From assembly GCA_009914755.4 (NCBI GenBank), contig CP086569.2, forward strand, positions 29,568,001 through 29,632,000: a DNA stretch of 64,000 nt, in the 5' to 3' direction. Positions 13,599-27,779 of the stretch are shown piece after piece. How positions within the stretch are numbered: the stretch's first letter is position 1; the number at the start of each line of letters is the position of its first letter. A program made the position numbers and the translations under genes. Under the pieces are notes generated by a model. That model saw nothing but the letters and a program-made list of their open reading frames with translations, did not search any database and had not been told where the DNA came from. The DNA comes from the human T2T-CHM13v2.0 reference genome, Homo sapiens.

Positions 13599-16500
13599 AT
13601 GGAGTCAAATGGAATGGTCTGGAATGGAATGAACACGAATGTAATGCAATCCAATAGAATGGAATCGAATGGCATGGAATATAAAGAAATGGAATCGAAG
13701 AGAATGGAAACAAATGGAATGGAATTGAATGGAATGGAATTGAATGGAATGGGAACGAATGGAGTGAAATTGTATGCAGTAGAAGAGAATAGAATGGAAT
13801 GCAAGCGAAAGGAAAGGAATGGATTGGAATGGAATGGAATTCATTGGAATGGAAGGGAATGTAGTGTAATGGACAGGCCTGGAATAAAGTGGAATGCTAC
13901 GGTCTCGAATGGAATAAAAATGTATGGAATGGAATGCAATGAAACGGAATCGAATGTCATAGAATGTAATGGAATGCAAAAAAATGGACTCCAAAATCAT
14001 TGACTGGAAAGGCTGGGTGTCGAAAGGAATTGACTCCAATGGAATGGAATCGAATGGAATGGAAGTGAATAGAATCGAACTAAATCGAATGGAATGGAAT
14101 TGATAGGAACGGAATGGAAAGGAATGCAATGATTTGGCATGGAATGGAATCGAATGGCATCGAATGGAATGGAATGGAATGCAATGGAATGGAATGTATT
14201 AGAATGTAATGAACTTTAATGGAATGTACTCGAATGGATTCGACTGGAATGGAATGTTCTGGAAGTGAATGGACTCCAATGGAATGGATTCAAAAGGAAT
14301 GGAATCTTACGGAATGGAATCTAATGGAATGGAATTAAATGGAAATGAATCAAATTGAATAGCACGGAATTGAATTGAATGGAATCGAATGCAATGTTAA
14401 ATAATGAAACGGAAAGGAAAGGAATGGAATAGAATGGAATGGGCTGGAATGGAAAGGAATCGAAACGAATGGAATGGAATCGAACTGAAGAGACTGGAAT
14501 GGAATGCAGTGGAATGGAAGGGAGTGTAATGGAAGGTTCTCGACAAAAATGGAATCGAATGGAATGGAATTGAATGGAACGGAATAGAGTCGAATGGAAT
14601 TGAATGGAATGGAATGGACTAGAGTGAAATGGAATCGAACCACAAGGAATGGACAGGAATAGAATGGTCTCGAATTGAATGGAATCGTATGGAATGGCAT
14701 CAAACGGAATGGAATGGACAGCCACGGAATGGAATGCACTCGAATGCAATGGAGTCGAAACTAATGGACTGGAGTAGAATGGACTCGGCTGGTACGGACA
14801 CCAAAGGAATGGAATCGAATGGAATGGAATCGAACGGAATGGACTCGAAGTGAAAAGACTGCAATGGAAAGGTCTCGAATGGAATGGAAATTAATGGAGT
14901 GGAATCGAATGAAATGGAGTCAAAAGGAATGGAATCGAATGGCAAGAAATCGAATGTAATGGAATCGGAAAGAATTGATGTGAACGGAACGGAATGGAAT
15001 GGAATCCAAAGGAATGGAATAGAATGGAATGGAATCGAATGGAAAGGACTCGAATGGAAATCACTCGAATAGAATGAAATTTAATAAAATAGGATCAAAT
15101 GTAACGGAATGGAATGGAAAGGAATCGAAACGAAAGGAATGGAGACAGATGGAATGGAATGGAACAGAGAGCAATGGTATAGAATGGAATGGAATCATCT
15201 GGAATGGAATTGAATGGAATGGAATAATATGAAATGGAATGGAATGGATTGGAATGCCCTTGAATTAAATGGACTGGAATGGAATGGACTCGAAGAGAGT
15301 GGAATGGAAAGTGTTGAAATAGAACGGAATGGACTCCTTAGGAATGGTCTAATATGCAATGCAATCGACTGGCAGGGAATCAAAAGGAATGTAATCGAAT
15401 GGATTGGACTGGAATGCAATGGACTCGAATAGATTGGAAAAGGAATGCAAAGGATTGGAATGGAATAGTATGGAAAGGAATGGAAAGGAATGGAGTGGAA
15501 TAGACTAGATTGGAATGGAATGGACTCGAAAGCAATGGACTGGAATGGAACTTTCTTCAATGGACTGGAATCAAACGGAATGGAATGCAATGCAATCAAA
15601 TGGCATGGAATAAAATAGAATGAGAGAGAATCAAATGGAATTGAATCGAATGGAATCGAATGGATTGGAAAGGAATAGAATGGAAAGGAATGGAATTGAC
15701 TCAAATGGAATGGACTAGAATGGAATGGATTCGAATGGAAGGCAAAGGAATGGAATCTATTGGAATAGACTGTAATGGAATGGAATGGAAGGGATTGGAA
15801 TGGATTCGAATGGAATGGACTGCAATAGAAAGGATTCGAATGGAATGAAAAAGAATTGAATGGAATAGAACAGAATGGAATCAAATCGAATGAAATGGAA
15901 TGGAATAGAAAGGAATGGAATGAAATGGAATGGAAAGGATTCGAATGGAATGCAATCGAATGGAATGGAATCGAACGGAATGGAATAAAATGGAAGAAAA
16001 CTGGCAAGAAATGGAATAGAAATGAATGGAGTGTTATGGAACGGACTCAAAAGGAATTGAATGTAATAGAATGGAGTGGAGTGGACTCGAATATAATGGA
16101 CTGGAATGGAATGAAATCACATGGAATGGGAACGAATGGAATGGAATGGAAAGGAATGGAATCGAATGGAAAGGAATCGAATGGAAGGGAATGAAATTGA
16201 ATCAACAGGAATGGAAAGGAATAGAATAGACGGTAAAGGAATGGACTCGAATAGAATGGACACGAATGCTCAAATTGAATGGATTCGAATGGAATGGAAA
16301 CGAAAGGAATGTCATCGAATGGAATTGAATCGATTGGAATGAAATCGCATAGAATGGAGTGGAATCAAATGGAATTGAATCGAAAGGAAAGGAAGCGAAT
16401 GGACTGAAATGAAATGGAATGGAATTGAATGGAAAGTAATGCAATGGAACAGAATGGAACGAAATTTCACGGAATGGAATCAAACTGAATGGAATCAAAT

Positions 16501-17157
16501 CAATGGAATCTAATCAAATGGAATGGAAAGGAATTGAATGGAGTAGATTGGATTGGATGGGATTGGAATGAAATGTACTGGAAAGGACTCGAATTTCATG
16601 AAACGGAATGGAATGAATTGGAACGGAATGGACTCGAATGGAATGGAATGTCATGGAAAGGCATCAAATGGAATGGCATCAAATGGAATGGAATCGAATG
16701 CAATGGAATGCTATGGAATGGAATGGAATGCATTGGAATGGAATGTCCTCTAATGGAATGGATTCGAGTGGAATGGAATCGAATATAATGTTGTCGAATA
16801 AAATGGAATTGAAAGGAATGGGATCGAATACAATGGAATATACTGGAATGTAATGTAATGAACTCGAATGTAATTGACTGGAATGGAATGTACATGAATG
16901 GAATGTAATCGAATGGAAAGTAATCCAATGGAATAGAATCTAATGCAATAAAATCGACTCAGGTAGAGTAGAATGTAATGGAATGGAGTGCAGTGCAATG
17001 GAATGGAATGGAGTGGAATGCAATGGAATGGAATGGAATGGAATGGAATGGAATGGAATGGAATGGAATGGGATGGAATGGTATGGAATGGATAGTAATG
17101 GACTGGAGTGACATGGACTGGAAAGGAATGGACTCAAATTGAAAGGGCTCGAAAGGA
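13599..17157. repeat. HOR unit U5 (3559 bp)
   Basis: Anchor spacing. Carries a 5-bp indel near 14893 relative to other units. Confidence 0.8.
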
Positions 17158-20100
17158 ATGGAGTCAAATGGAATGGTCTGCAATGGAATGAACACGAATG
17201 TAATGCAATCCAATAGAATGGAATCGAATGGCATGGAATATAAGGAAATGGAATCGAAGAGAATGGAAACAAATGGAATGGAATTGAATGGAATGGAATT
17301 GAATGGAATGGGAACGAATGGAGTGAAATTGTATGCAGTAGAAGAGAATAGAATGGAATGCAAGCGAAAGGAAAGGAATGGATTGGAATGGAATGGAATT
17401 CATTGGAATGGAAGGGAATGTAGTGTAATGGACAGGCCTGGAATAAAGTGGAATGCTACGGTCGCGAATGGAATAAAAATGTATGGAATGGAATGCAATG
17501 AAACGGAATCGAATGTCATAGAATGTAATGGAATGCAAAAAAATGGACTCCAAAATCTTTGACTGGAAAGGCTGGGTGTCGAAAGGAATTGACTCCAATG
17601 GAATGGAATCGAATGGAATGGAAGTGAATAGAATCGAACTAAATCGAATGGAATGGAATTGATAGGAACGGAATGGAAAGGAATGCAATGATTTGGCATG
17701 GAATGGATTCGAATGGCATCGAATGGAATGGAATGGAATGCAATGGAGTGGAATGTATTAGCATGTAATGAACTTTAATGGAATGTACTCGAATGGATTC
17801 GACTGTAATGGAATGTTCTGGAAGTGAATGGACCCCAATGGAATGGATTCAAAAGGAATGGAATCGTACGGAATGGAATCTAATGGAATGGAATTCAATG
17901 GAAATGAATCAAATTGAATAGCACGGAATTGAATTGAATGGAATCGAATGCAATGGAATCTAATGTAACGGAAAGGAAAGGAATGGAATGGAATGGAATG
18001 GGCTGGAATGGAATGGAATCGAAACGAATGGAATGGAAACGAACTGAAGAGACTGGAATGGAATGCACTGGAATGGAAGGGAGTGTAATGGGAGGTTCTC
18101 GAAAACAATGGAATCCAATGGAGTGGAATTGAATGGAACGGAATAGAGTCGAATGGAATTGAATGGAGTGGAATGGACTAGAGTGAAATGGAATCGAACC
18201 ACAAGGAATGGACAGGAATAGAATGGTCTCGAATTGAATGGAATCGTATGGAATGGCATCAAACGGAATGGAATGGACAGCCACGGAATGGAATGCACTC
18301 GAATGCAATGGAGTCGAAACTAATGGACTGGAATAGAATGGACTCGACTGGTACGGACTCCAATGGAATGGAATCGAATAGAATGGAATCGAAAGGAATG
18401 GACTCGAAAGGAAAAGACTGCAATGGAAAGGTCTCGAGTGGAATGGAAATTAATGGAATGGAATGGAATCGAATGAAATGGAGTCAAAAGGAATGGAATC
18501 GAATGGCAAGAAATCGAATGTAATGGAATCGCAAGGAATTGATGTGAACGGAACGGAATGGAATGGAATCCAAAGGAATGGAATAGAATGGAATGGAATC
18601 GAATGGAAAGGACTCGAATGGAAATCACTCGAATAGAATGCAATTTAATAAAATAGGATCAAATGTAATGGAATGGAATGGAAAGGAATCGAAACGAAAG
18701 GAATGGAGACAGATGGAATGGAATGGAACAGAGAGCAATGGTATAGAATGGAATGGAATTATCTGGAATGGAATTGAATGGAATGGATTAATATGAAATG
18801 GAATGGAATGGAATGGAATGCCCTTGAATTAAATGGACTGGAATGGAATGGACTCGAATAGAGTGGAATGGAAAGTTTTGAGATAGAATGGAATGGACAC
18901 CTTTGGAATGGTCTAGTATGCAATGCAATCGACTGGCAGGGAATCAAAAGGAATGTAATCGAATGGATTGGACTGGAAAGCAATGGACTCGAATAGATTG
19001 GAAACGGAATGCAAAGGAATGGAATGGAATAGTATGGAATGGAATGGAAAGGAATGGAGTGGAATAGACTAGAGTGGAATGGAATGGACTGGAAAGCAAT
19101 GGACTGGAATCGAACATTCTTGAATGGACTGGAATCAAACGGAATGGAATGCAATGCAATCAAATGGCATGGAATAAAATAGAATGAAAGAGAATCAAAT
19201 GGAATTGAATCGAATGGAATCGAATGGATTGGAAAGGAATAGAATGGAATGGAATGGAATTGACTCAAATGGAATGGACTAGAATGGAATGGATTCGAAT
19301 GGAAGGCAAAGGAATGGAATCTATTGGAATGGACTGTAATGGAATGGAATGGAAGGGATTGGAATGGACTCGAATGGAATGGACTGCAATAGAATGGATT
19401 CGAATGGAATGAAAAAGAATTGAATGGAATAGAACAGAATGGAATCAAATCGAATGAAATGGAATGGAATAGAAAGGAATGGAATGGAATGGAATGGAAA
19501 GTATTCGAATGGAATGCAATCGAATGGAATGGAATCGAACGGAATGGAATAAAATGGAAGAAACCTGGCAAGAAATGGAATCGAAATGAATGGAGTGTTA
19601 TGGAACGGACTCAAAAGGAATTGAATGTAATAGAATGGAGTGGAGTGGACTCGAATATAATGGACTGGAATGGAATGAAATCACATGGAATGGGAACGAA
19701 TGGAATGGAATGGAAAGGAATGGAATCGAATGGAAAGGAATCGAATGGAAGGGAATGAAATTGAATCAACAGGAATGGAAGGGAATAGAATAGACGGTAA
19801 TGGAATGGACTCAAATAGAATGGACACGAATGCTCAAATTGAATGGACTCGAATGGAATGGAAACGAAAGGAATGTCATCGAATGGAATTGAATCGATTG
19901 GAATGAAATCGCATAGAATGGAGTGGAATCAAATGGAATTGAATCGAAAGGAAAGGAAGCGAATGGACTGAAATGAAATGGAATGGAATTGAATGGAAAG
20001 TAATGCAATGGAATAGAATGGAACGAAATTTCACGGAATGGAATGAAACTGAATGGAATCAAATCAATGGAATATAATCAAATGGAATGGAAAGGAATTG

Positions 20101-20691
20101 AATGGAGTAGATTGGATTGGATGGGATTGGAATGAAATGTACTGGAAAGGACTCGAATTTCATGAAACGGAATGGAATGAATTGGAACGGAATGGACTCG
20201 AATGGAATGGAATGTCATGGAATGGCATCAAATGGAATGGAATCGAATGCAATGGAATGCTATGGAATGGAATGGAATGCGTTGGAATGGAATGTCCTCT
20301 AATGGAATGGATTCGAGTGGAATGGAATCGAATATAATGGAGTCGAATGAAATGGAATTGAAAGGAATGGGATCGAATACAATGGAATATAATGGAATGT
20401 AATGTAATGAACTCGAATGTAATTGACTGGAATGGAATGTACATGAATGGAATGTAATCGAATGGAAATTAATCCAATGGAATAGAAACTAATGCAATAA
20501 AATCGACTCAGATAGAGTAGAATGTAATGGAATGGAGTGCAGTGCAATGGAATGGAATGGAATGGAATGCAATGGAATGGAATGGAATGGAATGGAATGG
20601 AATGGGATGGAATGGTATGGAATGGATAGTAATGGACTGGAGTGAAATGGACTGGAAAGGAATGGACTCAAATTGAAAGGGCTCGAAAGGA
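17158..20691. repeat. HOR unit U6 (3534 bp), the most diverged unit
   Basis: Many private substitutions, e.g. atcttt at 17556 (others atcatt), ggacccc at 17830, gcatgtaatg at 17761. ORF-track peptides differ at several residues from every other copy. Confidence 0.8.
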
Positions 20692-23600
20692 ATGGAGTCA
20701 AATGGAATGGTCTGGAATGGAATGAACACGAATGTAATGCAATCCAATAGAATGGAATCGAATGGCATGGAATATAAAGAAATGGAATCGAAGAGAATGG
20801 AAGCAAATGGAATGGAATTGAATGGAATGGAATTGAATGGAATGGGAACGAATGGAGTGAAATTGTATGCAGTAGAAGAGAATTGAATGAAATGCAAGCG
20901 AAAGGAAAGGAATGGATTGCAATGGAATGGAATTCATTGGAATGGAAGGGAATGTAGTGTAATGGACAGGCCTGGAATAAAGTGGAATGCTACGGTCTCG
21001 AATGGAATAAAAATGTATGGAATGGAATGCAATGAAACGGAATCGAATGTCATAGAATGTAATGGAATGCAAAAAAATGGACTCCAAAATCATTGACTGG
21101 AAAGGCTGGGTGTCGAAAGGAATTGACTCCAATGGAATGGAATCGAATGGAATGGAAGTGAATAGAATCGAACTAAATCGAATGGAATGGAATTGATAGG
21201 AACGGAATGGAAAGGAATGCAATGATTTGGCATGGAATGGAATCGAATGGCATCGAATGGAATGGAATGGAATGCAATGGAATGGAATGTATTAGAATGT
21301 AATGAACTTTAATGGAATGTACTCGAATGGATTCGACTCTAAAGGAATGTTCTGGAAGTGAATGGACTCCAATGGAATGGATTCAAAAGGAATGGAATCT
21401 TACGGAATGGAATCTAATGGAATGGAATTAAATGGAAATGAATCAAATTGAATAGCACGGAATTGAATTGAATGGAATGGAATGCAATGGAATCTAATGA
21501 AACGGAAAGGAAAGGAATGGAATGGAATGGAATGGGCTGGAATGGAAAGGAATCGAAACGAATGGAATGGAATCGAACTGAAGAGACTGGAATGGAATGC
21601 ACTGGAATGGAAGGGAGTGTAATGGAAGGTTCTCGACAAAAATGGAATCGAATGGAATGGAATTGAATGGAACGGAATAGAGTCGAATGGAATTGAATGG
21701 AATGGAATGGACTAGAGTGAAATGGAATCGAACCACAAGGAATGGACAGGAATAGAATGGTCTCGAATTGAATGGAATCCTATGGAATGGCATCAAACGG
21801 AATGGAATGGACAGCCACGGAATGGAATGCACTCGAATGCAATGGAGTCGAAACTAATGGACTGGAATAGAATGGACTCGACTGGTACGGACTCCAATGG
21901 AATGGAATCGAATGGAAGGGAATCTAACGGAATGGACTCGAAGGGAAAAGACTGCAATGGAAAGGTCTCGAATGGAATGGAAATTAATGGAATGGAATGG
22001 AATCGAATGAAATGGAGTCAAAAGGAATGGAATCGAATGGCAAGAAATCGAATCTAATGGAATCGCAAGGAATTGATGTGAACGGAACGGAATGGAATGG
22101 AATCCAAAGGAATGGAATAGAATGGAATGGAATCGAATGGAAAGGACTCGAATGGAAATCACTCGAATAGAATGCAATTTAATAAAATAGGATCAAATGT
22201 AATGGAATGGAATGGAAAGGAATCGAAAGGAAAGGAATGGAGACAGATGGAATGGAATGGAACAGAGAGCAATGGTATAGAATGGAATGGAATCATCTGG
22301 AATGGAATTGAATGGAATGGAATAATATGAAATGGAATGGAATGGAATGGAATGCCCTTGAATTAAATGGACTGGAATGGAATGGATTCGAATAGAGTGG
22401 AATGGAAAGTTTTGAGATAGAATGGAATGGACCCCTTTGGAATGGTCTAGTATGCAATGCAATCGACTGGCAGGGAATCAAAAGGAATGTAATCGAATGG
22501 ATTGGACTGGAATGCAATGGACTCGAATAGATTGGAAACGGAATGCAAAGGAATGGAATGGAATAGTATGGAATGGAATGGAAAGGAATGGAGTGGAATA
22601 GACTAGAGTGGAATGGAATGGACTGGAAAGCAATGGACTGGAATGGAACTTTCTTGAATGGACTGGAATCAAACGGAATGGAATGCAATGCAATCAAATG
22701 GCATGGAATAAAATAGAATGAAAGAGAATCAAATGGAATTGAATCGAATGGAATCGAATGGATTGGAAAGGAATAGAATGGAATGGAATGGAATTGACTC
22801 AAATGGAATGGACTAGAATGGAATGGATTCGAATGGAAGGCAAAGGAATGGAATCTATTGGAATGGACTGTAATGGAATGGAATGGAAGGGATTGGAATG
22901 GACTCGAATGGAATGGACTGCAATAGAAAGGATTCGAATGGAATGAAAAAGAATTGAATGGAATAGAACAGAATGGAATCAAATCGAATGAAATGGAATG
23001 GAATAGAAAGGAATGGAATGAAATGGAATGGAAAGGATTCGAATGGAATGCAATCGAATGGAATGGAATCGAACGGAATGGAATAAAATGGAAGAAAACT
23101 GGCAAGAAATGGAATCGAAATGAATGGAGTGTTATGGAACGGACTCAAAAGGAATTGAATGTAATAGAATGGAGTGGAGTGGACTCGAATATAATGGACT
23201 GGAATGGAATGAAATCACATGGAATGGGAACGAATGGAATGGAATGGAAAGGAATGGAATCGAATGGAAAGGAATCGAATGGAAGGGAATGAAATTGAAT
23301 CAAAAGGAATGGAAGGGAATAGAATAGACGGTAATGGAATGGACTCGAATAGAATGGACACGAATGCTCAAATTGAATGGACTCGAATGGAATGGAAACG
23401 AAAGGAATGTCATCGAATGGAATTGAATCGATTGGAATGAAATCGCATAGAATGGAGTGGAATCAAATGGAATTGAATCGAAAGGAAAGGAAGCGAATGG
23501 ACTGAAATGAAATGGAATGGAATTGAATGGAAAGTAATGCAATGGAAGAGAATGGAAGGAAATTTCACGGAATGGAATCAAACTGAATGGAATCAAATCA

Positions 23601-24235
23601 ATGGAATCAAATCAAATGGAATGGAAAGGAATTGAATGGAGTAGATTGGATTGGATGGGATTGGAATGAAATGTACTGGAAAGGACTCGAATTTCATGAA
23701 ACGGAATGGAATGAATTGGAACGGAATGGACTCGAATGGAATGGAATGTCATGGAATGGCATCAAATGGAATGGCATCAAATGGAATGGAATCGAATGCA
23801 ATGGAATGCTATGGAATGGAATGGAATGCATTGGAATGGAATGTCCTCTAATGGAATGGATTCGAGTGGAATGGAATCGAATACAATGGAGTCGAATGAA
23901 ATGGAATTGAAAGGAATGGGTTCGAATACAATGGAATATACTGGAATGTAAGGTAATGAACTCGAATGTAATTGACTGGAATGGAATGTACATGAACGGA
24001 ATGTAATCGAATGGAAAGTAATCCAATGGAATAGAATCTAATGCAATAAAATCGACTCAGGTAGAGTAGAATGTAATGGAATGGAGTGCAGTGCAATGGA
24101 ATGGAATGGAATGCAATGGAATGGAATGGAATGGAATGGAATGGAATGGGACGGAATGGTATGGAATGGATAGTAATGGACTGGAGTGAAATGGACTGGA
24201 AAGGAATGGACTCAAATTGAAAGGGCTCGAAAGGA
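20692..24235. repeat. HOR unit U7 (3544 bp)
   Basis: Anchor spacing. Carries the 15-bp-shorter allele of the atggaatggcatcaa micro-repeat (20117-20302). Confidence 0.8.
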
Positions 24236-27200
24236 ATGGAGTCAAATGGAATGGTCTGGAATGGAATGAACACGAATGTAATGCAATCCAATAGAATGGA
24301 ATCGAATGGCATGGAATATAAAGAAATGGAATCGAAGAGAATGGAAACAAATGGAATGGAATTGAATGGAATGGAATTGAATGGAATGGGAACGAATGGA
24401 GTGAAATTGTATGCAGTAGAAGAGAATAGAATGAAATGCAAGCGAAAGGAAAGGAATGGATTGGAATGGAATGGAATTCATTGGAATGGAAGGGAATGTA
24501 GTGTAATGGACAGGCCTGGAATAAAGTGGAATGCTACGGTCTCGAATGGAATAAAAATGTATGGAATGGAATGCAATGAAACGGAATCGAATGTCATAGA
24601 ATGTAATGGAATGCAAAAAAATGGACTCCAAAATCATTGACTGGAAAGGCTGGGTGTCGAAAGGGATTGACTCCAATGGAATGGAATCGAATGGAATGGA
24701 AGTGAATAGAATCGAACTAAATCGAATGGAATGGAATTGATAGGAACGGAATGGAAAGGAATGCAATCATTTGGCATGGAATGGAATCGAATGGCATCGA
24801 ATGGAATGGAATGGAATGCAATGGAATGGAATGTATTAGAATGTAATGAACTTTAATGGAATGTACTCGAATGGATTCGACTGGAATGGAATGTTCTGGA
24901 CGTGAATGGACTCCAATGGAATGGATTCAAAAGGAATGGAATCTTACGGAATGGAATCTAATGGAATGGAATTAAATGGAAATGAATCAAATTGAATAGC
25001 ACGGAATTGAATTGAATGGAATCGAATGCAATGGTATCTAATGAAACGGAAAGGAAAGGAATGGAATGGAATGGAATGGGCTGGAATGGAAAGGAATCGA
25101 AACGAATGGAATGGAATCGAACTGAAGAGACTGGAATGGAATGCACTTTAATGGAAGGGAGTGTAATGGAAGGTTCTCGACAAAAATGGAATCGAATGGA
25201 ATGGAATTGAATGGAACGGAATAGAGTCGAATGGAATTGAATGGAATGGAATGGACTACAGTGAAATGGAATCGAACCACAAGTAATGGACAGGTATAGA
25301 ATGGTCTCGAATTGAATGGAATCGTATGGAATGGCATCAAACGGAATGGAATGGACAGCCACGGAATGGAATGCACTCGAATGCAATGGAGTCGAAACTA
25401 ATGGACTGGAATAGAATGGACTCGACTGGTACGGACTCCAATGGAATGGAATCGAATGCAAGGGAATCGAACGGAATGGACTCGAAGGGAAAAGACTGCA
25501 ATGGAAAGGTCTCGAATGGAATGGAAATTAATGGAATGGAATGGAATCGAATGAAATGGAGTCAAAAGGAATGGAATCGAATGGCAAGAAATCGAATGTA
25601 ATGGAATCGCAAGGAATTGATGTGAACGGAACGGAATGGAATGGAATCCAAAGGAATGGAATAGAATGGAATGGAATCGAATGGAAAGGGCTCGAATGGA
25701 AATCACTCGAATAGAATGCAATTTAATAAAATAGGATCAAATGTAATGGAATGGAATGGAAAGGAATCGAAAGGAAAGGAATGGAGACAGATGGAATGGA
25801 ATGGAACAGAGAGCAATGGTATAGAATGGAATGGAATCATCTGGAATGGAATTGAATGGAATGGAATAATATGAAATGGAATGGAATGGAATGGAATGCC
25901 CTTGAATTAAATGGACTGGAATGGAATGGATTCGAATAGAGTGGAATGGAAAGTTTTGAGATAGAATGGAATGGACCCCTTTGGAATGGTCTAGTATGCA
26001 ATGCAATCGACTGGCAGGGAATCAAAAGGAATGTAATCGAATGGATTGGACTGGAATGCAATGGACTCGAATAGATTGGAAACGGAATGCAAAGGAATGG
26101 AATGGAATAGTATGGAATGGAATGGAAAGGAATGGAGTGGAATAGACTAGAGTGGAATGGAATGGACTGGAAAGCAATGGACTGGAATGGAACTTTCTTG
26201 AATGGACTGGAATCAAACGGAATGGAATGCAATGCAATCAAATGGCATGGAATAAAATAGAATGAAAGAGAATCAAATGGAATTGAATCGAATGGAATCG
26301 AATGGATTGGAAAGGAATAGAATGGAATGGAATGGAATTGACTGAAATGGAATGGACTAGAATGGAATGGATTCGAATGGAAGGCAAAGGAATGGAATCT
26401 ATTGGAATGGACTGTAATGGAATGGAATGGAAGGGATTGGAATGGACTCGAATGGAATGGACTGCAATAGAAAGGATTCGAATGGAATGAAAAAGAATTG
26501 AATGGAATAGAACAGAATGGAATCAAATCGAATGAAATGGAATGGAATAGAAAGGAATGGAATGAAATGGAATGGAAAGGATTCGAATGGAATGCAATCG
26601 AATGGAATGGAATCGAACGGAATGGAATAAAATGGAAGAAAACTGGCAAGAAATGGAATCGAAATGAATGGAGTGTTATGGAACGGACTCAAAAGGAATT
26701 GAATGTAATAGAATGGAGTGGAGTGGACTCGAATATAATGGACTGGAATGGAATGAAATCACATGGAATGGGAACGAATGGAATGGAATGGAAAGGAATG
26801 GAATCGAATGGAAAGGAATCGAATGGAAGGGAATGAAATTGAATCAACAGGAATGGAAGGGAATAGAATAGACGGTAATGGAATGGACTCGAATAGAATG
26901 GACACGAATGCTCAAATTGAATGGACTCGAATGGAATGGAAACGAAAGGAATGTCATCGAATGGAATTGAATCGATTGGAATGAAATCGCATAGAATGGA
27001 GTGGAATCAAATGGAATTGAATCGAAAGGAAAGGAAGCGAATGGACTGAAATGAAATGGAATGGAATTGAATGGAAAGTAGTGCAATGGAATAGAATGGA
27101 ACGAAATTTCACGGAATGGAAAGAAACTGAAAGGAATCAAATCAATGGAATATAATCAAATGGAATGGAAAGGAATTGAATGGAGTAGATTGGATTGGAT

Positions 27201-27779
27201 GGGATTGGAATGAAATGTACTGGAAAGGACTCGAATTTCATGAAACGGAATGGAATGAATTGGAACGGAATGGACTCGAATGGAATGGAATGTCATGGAA
27301 TGGCATCAAATGGAATGACATCAAATGGAATGGAATCGAATGCAATGGAATGCTCTGGAATGGAATGGAATGCGTTGGAATGGAATGTCCTCTAATGGAA
27401 TGGATTCGAGTGGAATGGAATCGAATATAATGGAGTCGAATGAAATGGAATTGAAAGGAATGGGATCGAATACAATGGAATATACTGGAATGTAATGTAA
27501 TGAACTCGAATGTAATTGACTGGAATGGAATGTACATGAATGGAATGTAATCGAATGGAAAGTAATCCAATGGAATAGAATCTACTGCAATAAAATCGAC
27601 TCAGATAGAGTAGAATGTAATGGAATGGAGTGCAGTGCAATGGAATGGAATGGAATGGAATGCAATGGAATGGAATGGAATGGAATGGAATGGGATGGAA
27701 TGGTATGGAATGGATAGTAATGGACTGGAGTGAAATAGACTGGAATGGAATGGACTCAAATTGAAAGGTCTCGAAAGGA
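24236..27779. repeat. HOR unit U8 (3544 bp), A-type
   Basis: Shares the 167-aa ORF-track variant (24958-25461) with U10 and U16. Confidence 0.8.
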
